Assembly: GCA_964057225.1 (NCBI GenBank)
Contig: OZ059899.1
Span: forward strand, 19,344,001 to 19,408,000
Origin: Auanema rhodensis
Lineage: Eukaryota > Animalia > Nematoda
DNA: 64,000 nucleotides
Reading direction: 5' to 3'
Shown: in pieces, positions 1 through 11,619 of the stretch
How the letters are laid out: the number at the start of each line of letters is the position of its first letter
How positions within the stretch are numbered: position 1 is the stretch's first letter
Position numbers and translations under genes: made by a program
Notes under the pieces: model-generated
Databases searched by the model: none
Seen by the model: the letters and a program-made list of their open reading frames with translations, nothing else
What the model was told of the DNA's origin: nothing

Positions 1-176
1 TGATTTTGAAATTTACGTGAACTTTAATTCATGCTAATTAAATGTACACGTGGTGTGCACTCGGTATGTAACTCGCTTCACGTGAAAGATAAAGAGATGC
101 GGTTCTCGAAATTAGATTCCCCATGTCCATATTAGTCTAAAAACAAATTTTTATTGATATTGGTGCATGGTAACCA
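1..176 (+). repeat. Representative satellite monomer (176 bp, 61 G+C, ~35% GC)
   Basis: Read directly. It contains TACGTG (14-19), CACGTG (47-52), GTGCAC (55-60), TTCACGTGAA (77-86), an A/T tract (139-152) and CATGGT-A-ACCATG across the junction (166-178). Stop codons occur in all six frames within the first ~41 bp. Confidence 0.98.
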
Positions 177-3100
177 TGATTTTGAAATTTACGTGAACTT
201 TAATTTATGCTAATTAAACGTAAACGTGATGTGCACTTGGTATGTAACTCGCTTCACGTGAAAGATAAAGAGATGCGGTTTTTAAAATTAGATTCCCCAT
301 GTCCATATTAGTCTAAAAACAATTTTTTACTGATATTGGTGCATGGTAACCATGATTTTGAAATTTACGTGAACTTTAATTTATGCTAATTAAACGTACA
401 CGTGGTGTGCACTCGGTATGTAACTCGCTTCACGTGAAAGATAAAGAGATGCGGTTCTCAAAATTAGATTCCCCATGTCCATATTAGTCTAAAAACAAAT
501 TTTTTTTGATATTGGTGCATGGTAACCATGACTTTGAAATTTACGTGAACTTTAATTTATGCTAATTAAACGTACACGTGGTGTGCACTCGGTATGTAAC
601 TCGCTTCACGTGTAAGATAAAGAGATGCGGTTTTCAAAATTAGATTCCCCATGTCCATATTAGTCTAAAAACAAATTTTTATTGATATTGGTGCATGGTA
701 ACCATGACTTTGAATTTTACGTGAACTTTAATTTATGCTAATTAAACGTACACGTGGTGTGCACACGGTATGTAACTCGCTTCACGTGAAAGATAAAGAG
801 ATGCGGTTTTCAAAATTAGATTCCCCATGTCCATATTAGTCTAAAAACAAATTTTTATTGATATTGGTGCATGGTAACCATGACTTTGAAATTTACGTGA
901 ACTTTAATTTATGCTAATTAAACGTACACGTGGTGTGCACTCGGTATGTAACTCGCTTCACGTGTAAGATAAAGAGATGCGGTTTTCAAAATTAGATTCC
1001 CCATGTCCATATTAGTCTAAAAACAAATTTTTATTGATATTGGTGCATGGTAACCATGACTTTGAAATTTACGTGAACTTTAATTTATGCTAATTAAACG
1101 TACACGTGGTGTGCACTCGGTATGTAACTCGCTTCACGTGTAAGATAAAGAGATGCGGTTTTCGAAATTAGATTCCCCATGTCCATATTAGTCTAAAAAC
1201 AAATTTTTATTGATATTGGTGCATGGTAACCATGACTTTGAAATTTACGTGAACTTTAATTTATGCTAATTAAACGTACACGTGGTGTGCACTCGGTATG
1301 TAACTCGCTTCACGTGTAAGATAAAGAGATGCGGTTTTCAAAATTAGATTCCCCATGTCCATATTAGTCTAAAAACAAATTTTTATTGATATTGGTGCAT
1401 GGTAACCATGACTTTGAAATTTACGTGAACTTTAATTTATGCTAATTAAACGTACACGTGGTGTGCACTCGGTATGTAACTCGCTTCACGTGTAAGATAA
1501 AGAGATGCGGTTTTCAAAATTAGATTCCCCATGTCCATATTAGTCTAAAAACAAATTTTTATTGATATTGGTGCATGGTAACCATGACTTTGAAATTTAC
1601 GTGAACTTTAATTTATGCTAATTAAACGTACACGTGGTGTGCACTCGGTATGTAACTCGCTTCACGTGTAAGATAAAGAGATGCGGTTTTCGAAATTAGA
1701 TTCCCCATGTCCATATTAGTCTAAAAACAAATTTTTATTGATATTGGTGCATGGTAACCATGATTTTGAAATTTACGTGAACTTTAATTCATGCTAATTA
1801 AATGTACACGTGGTGTGCACTCGGTATGTAACTCGCTTCACGTGAAAGATAAAGAGATGCGGTTTTTAAAATTAGATTCCCCATGTCCATATTAGTCTAA
1901 AAACAATTTTTTACTGATATTGGTGCATGGTAACCATGATTTTGAAATTTACGTGAACTTTAATTTATGCTAATTAAACGTACACGTGGTGTGCACTCGG
2001 TATGTAACTCGCTTCACGTGAAAGATAAAGAGATGCGGTTCTCAAAATTAGATTCCCCATGTCCATATTAGTCTAAAAACAAATTTTTATTGATATTGGT
2101 GCATGGTAACCATGACTTTGAAATTTACGTGAACTTTAATTTATGCTAATTAAACGTACACGTGGTGTGCACTCGGTATGTAACTCGCTTCACGTGAAAG
2201 ATAAAGAGATGCGGTTTTCAAAATTAGATTCCCCATGTCCATATTAGTCTAAAAACAATTTTTTACTGATATTGGTGCATGGTAACCATGATTTTGAAAT
2301 TTACGTGAACTTTAATTTATGCTAATTAAACGTACACGTGGTGTGCACTCGGTATGTAACTCGCTTCACGTGAAAGATAAAGAGATGCGGTTCTCAAAAT
2401 TAGATTCCCCATGTCCATATTAGTCTAAAAACAAATTTTCATTGATATTGGTGCATGGTAACCATGATTTTGAAATTTACGTGAACTTTAATTTATGCTA
2501 ATTAAACGTACACGTGGTGTGCACTCGGTATGTAACTCGCTTCACGTGTAAGATAAAGAGATGCGGTTCTCGAAATTAGATTCCCCATGTCCATATTAGT
2601 CTAAAAACAAATTTTTATTGATATTGGTGCATGGTAACCATGATTTTGAAATTTACGTGAACTTTAATTCATGCTAATTAAATGTACACGTGGTGTGCAC
2701 TCGGTATGTAACTCGCTTCACGTGAAAGATAAAGAGATGCAGTTATCAAAATTAGATTCCCCATGTCCATATTAGTCTAAAAACAATTTTTTACTGATAT
2801 TGGTGCATGGTAACCATGATTTTGAAATTTACGTGAACTTTAATTTATGCTAATTAAACGTAAACGTGATGTGCACTTGGTATGTAACTCGCTTCACGTG
2901 AAAGATAAAGAGATGCGGTTTTTAAAATTAGATTCCCCATGTCCATATTAGTCTAAAAACAATTTTTTACTGATATTGGTGCATGGTAACCATGATTTTG
3001 AAATTTACGTGAACTTTAATTTATGCTAATTAAACGTACACGTGGTGTGCACTTGGTATGTAACTCGCTTCACGTGAAAGATAAAGAGATGCGGTTCTCA

Positions 3101-6100
3101 AAATTAGATTCCCCATGTCCATATTAGTCTAAAAACAAATTTTTATTGATATTGGTGCATGGTAACCATGACTTTGAAATTTACGTGAACTTTAATTTAT
3201 GCTAATTAAACGTACACGTGGTGTGCACTCGGTATGTAACTCGCTTCACGTGAAAGATAAAGAGATGCGGTTTTCAAAATTAGATTCCCCATGTCCATAT
3301 TAGTCTAAAAACAAATTTTTTTTGATATTGGTGCATGGTAACCATGATTTTGAAATTTACGTGAACTTTAATTTATGCTAATTAAATGTACACGTGGTGT
3401 GCACTTGGTATGTAACTCGCTTCACGTGAAAGATAAAGAGATGCGGTTTTCAAAATTAGATTCCCCATGTCCATATTAGTCTAAAAACAAATTTTTATTG
3501 ATATTGGTGCATGGTAACCATGACTTTGAAATTTACGTGAACTTTAATTTATGCTAATTAAACGTACACGTGGTGTGCACTCGGTATGTAACTCGCTTCA
3601 CGTGTAAGATAAAGAGATGCGGTTTTCGAAATTAGATTCCCCATGTCCATATTAGTCTAAAAACAAATTTTTATTGATATTGGTGCATGGTAACCATGAT
3701 TTTGAAATTTACGTGAACTTTAATTCATGCTAATTAAATGTACACGTGGTGTGCACTCGGTATGTAACTCGCTTCACGTGAAAGATAAAGAGATGCAGTT
3801 ATCAAAATTAGATTCCCCATGTCCATATTAGTCTAAAAACAATTTTTTACTGATATTGGTGCATGGTAACCATGATTTTGAAATTTACGTGAACTTTAAT
3901 TTATGCTAATTAAACGTACACGTGGTGTGCACTCGGTATGTAACTCGCTTCACATGAAAGATAAAGAGATGCGGTTCTCAAAATTAGATTCCCCATGTCC
4001 ATATTAGTCTAAAAACAAATTTTTATTGATATTGGTGCATGGTAACCATGACTTTGAAATTTACGTGAACTTTAACGTATGCTAATTAAACGTACACGTG
4101 GTGTGCACTCGGTATGTAAATCGCTTCACGTGAAAGATAAAGAGATGCGGTTTTCAAAATTAGATTCCCCATGTCCATATTAGTCTAAAAACAAATTTTT
4201 TTTGATATTGGTGCATGGTAACCATGATTTTGAAATTTACGTGAACTTTAATTTATGCTAATTAAATGTACACGTGGTGTGCACTTGGTATGTAACTCGC
4301 TTCACGTGAAAGATGAAGAGATGCGGTTTTCAAAATTAGATTCCCCATGTCCATATTAGTCTAAAAACAAATTTTTATTGATATTGGTGCATGGTAACCA
4401 TGATTTTGAAATTTACGTGAACTTTAATTTATGCTAATTAAATGTACACGTGGTGTGCACTTGGTATGTAACTCGCTTCACGTGAAAGATAAAGAGATGC
4501 GGTTTTCAAAATTAGATTCCCCATGTCCATATTAGTCTAAAAACAAATTTTTATTGATATTGGTGCATGGTAACCATGACTTTGAAATTTACGTGAACTT
4601 TAATTTATGCTACATAAATCTACACGTGATGTGCACTTGGTATGTAACTCGCTTCACGTGAAAGATAAAAAGATGCGGTTTTTAAAATTAGATTCCCCAT
4701 GTCCATATTAGTCTAAAAACAATTTTTTACTGATATTGGTGCATGGTAACCATGACTTTGAAATTTACGTGAACTTTAATTTATGCTAATTAAACGTACA
4801 CGTGGTGTGCACTCGGTATGTAACTTGCTTCACGTGTAAGATAAAGAGATGCGGTTTTCAAAATTAGATTCCCCATGTCCATATTAGTCTAAAAACAAAT
4901 TTTTATTGATATTGGTTCATGGTAACCATGACTTTGAAATTTACGTGAACTTCAATTTATGCTAATTAAACGTACACGTGATGTGCACTTGGTATGTAAC
5001 TCGCTTCACGTGAAAGATAAAGAGATGCGGTTTTCAAATTTAGATTCCCCATGTCCATATTAGTCTAAAAACAAATTTTTTTTTGATATTGGTGCATGGT
5101 AACCATGACTTTGAAATTTACGTGAACTTTAATTTATGCTAATTAAACGTACACGTGGTGTGCACTCGGTATGTAACTCGCTTCACGTGTAAGATAAAGA
5201 GATGCGGTTTTCAAAATTAGATTCCCCATGTCCATATTAGTCTAAAAACAAATTTTTATTGATATTGGTGCATGGTAACCATGACTTTGAAATTTACGTG
5301 AACTTTAATTTATGCTAATTAAACGTACACGTGGTGTGCACTCGGTATGTAACTCGCTTCACGTGTAAGATAAAGAGATGCGGTTTTCAAAATTAGATTC
5401 CCCATGTCCATATTAGTCTAAAAACAAATTTTTATTGATATTGGTGCATGGTAACCATGATTTTGAAATTTACGTGAACTTTAATTTATGCTAATTAAAC
5501 GTACACGTGATGTGCACTTGGTATGTAACTCGCTTCACGTGAAAGATAAAGAGATGCGGTTTTTGAAATTAGATTCCCCATGTCCATATTAGTCTAAAAA
5601 CAATTTTTTACTGATATTGGTGCATGGTAACCATGATTTTGAAATTTACGTGAACTTTAATTTATGCTAATCAAACGTACACGTGATGTGCTCTCGGTAT
5701 GTAACTCGCTTCACGTGAAAGATAAAGAGATGCGGTTTTCAAAATTAGATTCCCCATGTCCATATTAGTCTAAAAACAAATTTTTATTGATATTGGTGCA
5801 TGGTAACCATGATTTTGAAATTTACGTGAACTTTAATTTATGCTAATTAAACGTACACGTGATGTGCACTTGGTATGTAACTCGCTTCACGTGAAAGATA
5901 AAGAGATGCGGTTTTCAAAATTAGATTCCCCATGTCCATATTAGTCTAAAAACAAATTTTTATTGATATTGGTGCATGGTAACCATGACTTTGAAATTTA
6001 CGTGAACTTTAATTTATGCTAATTAAACGTACACGTGGTGTGCACTCGGTATGTAACTCGCTTCACGTGAAAGATAAAGAGATGCGGTTTTCAAAATTAG

Positions 6101-9100
6101 ATTCCCCATGTCCATATTAGTCTAAAAACAAATTTTTTTTGATATTGGTGCATGGTAACCATGATTTTGAAATTTACGTGAACTTTAATTTATGCTAATT
6201 AAATGTACACGTGGTGTGCACTCGGTATGTAACTCGCTTCACGTGAAAGATAAAGAGATGCGGTTTTCAAAATTAGACTCCCCATGTCCATATTAGTCTA
6301 AAAACAAATTTTTATTGATATTGGTGCATGGTAACCATGACTTTGAATTTTACGTGAACTTTAATTTATGCTAATTAAACGTACACGTGGTGTGCACTCG
6401 GTATGTAACTCGCTTCACGTGAAAGATAAAGAGATGCGGTTTTCAAAATTAGATTCCCCATGTCCATATTAGTCTAAAAACAAAATTTTATTGATATTGG
6501 TGCATGGTAACCATGACTTTGAAATTTACGTGAACTTTAATTTATGCTACATAAATGTACACGTGATGTGCACTTGGTATGTAACTCGCTTCACGTGAAA
6601 GATGAAAAGATGCGGTTTTTAAAATTAGATTCCCCATGTCCATATTAGTCTAAAAACAATTTTTTACTGATATTGGTGCATGGTAACCATGACTTTGAAA
6701 TTTAAGTGAACTTTAATTTATGCTAATTAAACGTACACGTGGTGTGCACTCGGTATGTAACTCGCTTCACGTGTAAGATAAAGAGATGCGGTTTTCAAAA
6801 TTAGATTCCCCATGTCCATATTAGTCTAAAAACAAATTTTTATTGATATTGGTGCATGGTAACCATGACTTTGAAATTTACGTGAACTTTAATTTATGCT
6901 AATTAAACGTACACGTGGTGTGCACTCGGTATGTAACTCGCTTCACGTGTAAGATAAAGAGATGCGGTTTTCAAAATTAGATTCCCCATGTCCATATTAG
7001 TCTAAAAACAAATTTTTATTGATATTGGTGCATGGTAACCATGATTTTGAAATTTACGTGAACTTTAATTTATGCTGATTAAATGTACACGTGGTGTGCA
7101 CTCGGTATGTAACTCGCTTCACGTGAAAGATAAAGAGATGCAGTTATCAAAATTAGATTCCCCATGTCCATATTAGTCTAAAAACAAATTTTTATTGATA
7201 TTGGTGCATGGTAACCATGATTTTGAAATTTACGTGAACTTTAATTTATGCTAATTAAACGTACACGTGTTGTGCACTCGGTATGTAACTCGCTTCACGT
7301 GGAAGATAAAAAGATGCAGTTATCAAAATTAGATTCCCCATGTCCATATTAGTCTAAAAACAAATTTTTATTGATATTGGTGCATGGTAACCATGACTTT
7401 GAAATTTACGTGAACTTTAATTTATGCTAATTAAACGTACACGTGGTGTGCACTCGGTATGTAACTCGCTTCACGTGGAAGATAAAAAGATGCGGTTTTC
7501 AAAATTAGATTCCCCATGTCCATATTAGTCTAAAAACAATTTTTTACTGATATTGGTGCATGGTAACCATGATTTTGAAATTTACGTGAACTTTAATTTA
7601 TGCTAATTAAACGTACACGTGATGTGCACTTGGTATGTAACTCGCTTCACGTGAAAGATAAAGAGATGCGGTTTTTAAAATTAGATTCCCCATGTCCATA
7701 TTAGTCTAAAAACAATTTTTTACTGATATTGGTGCATGGTAACCATGATTTTGAAATTTACGTGAACTTTAATTTATGCTAATTAAACGTACACGTGGTG
7801 TGCACTCGGTATGTAACTCGCTTCACGTGAAAGATAAAGAGATGCGGTTTTCAAAATTAGATTCCCCATGTCCATATTAGTCTAAAAACAAATTTTTTTT
7901 GATATTGGTGCATGGTAACCATGACTTTGAAATTTACGTGAACTTTAATTTATGCTAATTAAACGTACACGTGGTGTGCACTCGGTATGTAACTCGCTTC
8001 ACGTGAAAGATAAAGAGATGCGGTTTTCAAAATTAGATTCCCCATGTCCATATTAGTCTAAAAACAAATTTTTTTTGATATTGGTGCATGGTAACCATGA
8101 TTTTGAAATTTACGTGAACTTTAATTTATGCTAATTAAATGTACACGTGGTGTGCACTCGGTATGTAACTCGCTTCACGTGAAAGATAAAGAGATGCGGT
8201 TTTCAAAATTAGACTCCCCATGTCCATATTAGTCTAAAAACAAATTTTTATTGATATTGGTGCATGGTAACCATGACTTTGAAATTTAAGTGAACTTTAA
8301 TTTATGCTAATTAAACGTACACGTGGTGTGCACTCGGTATGTAACTCGCTTCACGTGAAAGATAAAGAGATGCGGTTTTCAAAATTAGATTCCCCATGTC
8401 CATATTAGTCTAAAAACAAAATTTTATTGATATTGGTGCATGGTAACCATGACTTTGAAATTTACGTGAACTTTAATTTATGCTACATAAATGTACACGT
8501 GATGTGCACTTGGTATGTAACTCGCTTCACGTGAAAGATAAAAAGATGCGGTTTTTAAAATTAGATTCCCCATGTCCATATTAGTCTAAAAACAATTTTT
8601 TACTGATATTGGTGCATGGTAACCATGACTTTGAAATTTACGTGAACTTTAATTTATGCTAATTAAACGTACACGTGGTGTGCACTCGGTATGTAACTCG
8701 CTTCACGTGTAAGATAAAGAGATGCGGTTTTCAAAATTAGATTCCCCATGTCCATATTAGTCTAAAAACAAATTTTTATTGATATTGGTGCATGGTAACC
8801 ATGATTTTGAAATTTACGTGAACTTTAATTTATGCTGATTAAATGTACACGTGGTGTGCACTCGGTATGTAACTCGCTTCACGTGAAAGATAAAGAGATG
8901 CAGTTATCAAAATTAGATTCCCCATGTCCATATTAGTCTAAAAACAAATTTTTATTGATATTGGTGCATGGTAACCATGACTTTGAAATTTACGTGAACT
9001 TTAATTTATGCTAATTAAACGTACACGTGTTGTGCACTCGGTATGTAACTCGCTTCACGTGGAAGATAAAAAGATGCGGTTTTCAAAATTAGATTCCCCA

Positions 9101-11619
9101 TGTCCATATTAGTCTAAAAACAATTTTTTACTGATATTGGTGCATGGTAACCATGATTTTGAAATTTACGTGAACTTTAATTTATGCTAATTAAACGTAC
9201 ACGTGATGTGCACTTGGTATGTAACTCGCTTCACGTGAAAGATAAAGAGATGCGGTTTTTAAAATTAGATTCCCCATGTCCATATTAGTCTAAAAACAAT
9301 TTTTTACTGATATTGGTGCATGGTAACCATGATTTTGAAATTTACGTGAACTTTAATTTATGCTAATTAAACGTACACGTGGTGTGCACTCGGTATGTAA
9401 CTCGCTTCACGTGAAAGATAAAGAGATGCGGTTTTCAAAATTAGATTCCCCATGTCCATATTAGTCTAAAAACAAATTTTTTTTGATATTGGTGCATGGT
9501 AACCATGATTTTGAAATTTACGTGAACTTTAATTTATGCTAATTAAATGTACACGTGGTGTGCACTCGGTATGTAACTCGCTTCACGTGAAAGATAAAGA
9601 GATGCGGTTTTCAAAATTAGATTCCCCGTGTCCATATTAGTCTAAAAACAAATTTTTATTGATATTGGTGCATGGTAACCATGACTTTGAAATTTACGTG
9701 AACTTTAATTTATGCTAATTAAACGTACACGTGGTGTGCACTCGGTATGTAACTCGCTTCACGTGAAAGATAAAAAGATGCGGTTTTTAAAATTAGATTC
9801 CCCATGTCCATATTAGTCTAAAAACAATTTTTTACTGATATTGGTGCATGGTAACCATGACTTTGAAATTTACGTGAACTTTAATTTATGCTAATTAAAC
9901 GTACACGTGGTGTGCACTCGGAATGTAACTCGCTTCACGTGTAAGATAAAGAGATGCGGTTTTCAAAATTAGATTCCCCATGTCCATATTAGTCTAAAAA
10001 CAAATTTTTATTGATATTGGTGCATGGTAACCATGACTTTGAAATTTACGTGAACTTTAATTTATGCTAATTAAACGTACACGTGGTGTGCACTCGGTAT
10101 GTAACTCGCTTCACGTGTAAGATAAAGAGATGCGGTTTTCAAAATTAGATTCCCCATGTCCATATTAGTCTAAAAACAAATTTTTATTGATATTGGTGCA
10201 TGGTAACCATGATTTTGAAATTTACGTGAACTTTAATTTATGCTGATTAAATGTACACGTGGTGTGCACTCGGTATGTAACTCGCTTCACGTGAAAGATA
10301 AAGAGATGCAGTTATCAAAATTAGATTCCCCATGTCCATATTAGTCTAAAAACAAATTTTTATTGATATTGGTGCATGGTAACCATGACTTTGAAATTTA
10401 CGTGAACTTTAATTTATGCTAATTAAACGTACACGTGTTGTGCACTCGGTATGTAACTCGCTTCACGTGGAAGATAAAAAGATGCGGTTTTCAAAATTAG
10501 ATTCCCCATGTCCATATTAGTCTAAAAACAATTTTTTACTGATATTGGTGCATGGTAACCATGATTTTGAAATTTACGTGAACTTTAATTTATGCTAATT
10601 AAACGTACACGTGATGTGCACTTGGTATGTAACTCGCTTCACGTGAAAGATAAAGAGATGCGGTTTTTAAAATTAGATTCCCCATGTCCATATTAGTCTA
10701 AAAACAATTTTTTACTGATATTGGTGCATGGTAACCATGATTTTGAAATTTACGTGAACTTTAATTTATGCTAATTAAACGTACACGTGGTGTGCACTCG
10801 GTATGTAACTCGCTTCACGTGAAAGATAAAGAGATGCGGTTTTCAAAATTAGATTCCCCATGTCCATATTAGTCTAAAAACAAATTTTTTTTGATATTGG
10901 TGCATGGTAACCATGATTTTGAAATTTACGTGAACTTTAATTTATGCTAATTAAATGTACACGTGGTGTGCACTCGGTATGTAACTCGCTTCACGTGAAA
11001 GATAAAGAGATGCGGTTTTCAAAATTAGATTCCCCGTGTCCATATTAGTCTAAAAACAAATTTTTATTGATATTGGTGCATGGTAACCATGACTTTGAAA
11101 TTTACGTGAACTTTAATTTATGCTAATTAAACGTACACGTGGTGTGCACTCGGTATGTAACTCGCTTCACGTGTAAGATAAAGAGATGCGGTTTTCAAAA
11201 TTAGATTCCCCATGTCCATATTAGTCTAAAAACAAATTTTTATTGATATTGGTGCATGGTAACCATGATTTTGAAATTTACGTGAACTTTAATTTATGCT
11301 GATTAAATGTACACGTGGTGTGCACTCGGTATGTAACTCGCTTCACGTGAAAGATAAAGAGATGCAGTTATCAAAATTAGATTCCCCATGTCCATATTAG
11401 TCTAAAAACAAATTTTTATTGATATTGGTGCATGGTAACCATGACTTTGAAATTTACGTGAACTTTAATTTATGCTAATTAAACGTACACGTGTTGTGCA
11501 CTCGGTATGTAACTCGCTTCACGTGGAAGATAAAAAGATGCGGTTTTCAAAATTAGATTCCCCATGTCCATATTAGTCTAAAAACAATTTTTTACTGATA
11601 TTGGTGCATGGTAACCATG

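Noticed and set aside
47-64. Compensatory base-pair covariation between G53/A53 and C62/T62
   Set aside because: The alleles are usually linked (GTGGT..CTCGG versus GTGAT..CTTGG), but I could not place them in a shared stem and mixed combinations occur. Linkage by descent is sufficient.
1-176. Tandem 5S rRNA, tRNA, snRNA or spliced-leader gene array
   Set aside because: I see no recognisable 5S, tRNA cloverleaf, A/B-box or SL/Sm-site sequence on either strand. A covariance-model search would be needed to exclude this formally.
1-176. Identity with known satellites of similar length (Brassica CentBr ~176 bp, Arabidopsis CEN178, honeybee AluI 176 bp, primate alpha 171 bp)
   Set aside because: Only the length is similar. 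I recognise no sequence match, the consensus lacks AAGCTT and AGCT sites, and no CENP-B box is evident.
162-178. RFX X-box at CATGGTAAC
   Set aside because: Only a half-site matches (GTTACCATG on the minus strand). The second half of the GTNRCC-N0-3-RGYAAC consensus is missing.
5076-5084. T9 tract giving a 177-bp monomer
   Set aside because: It occurs once, in a homopolymer that is T8 in related monomers, so it could be slippage or a sequencing error. Not treated as meaningful.
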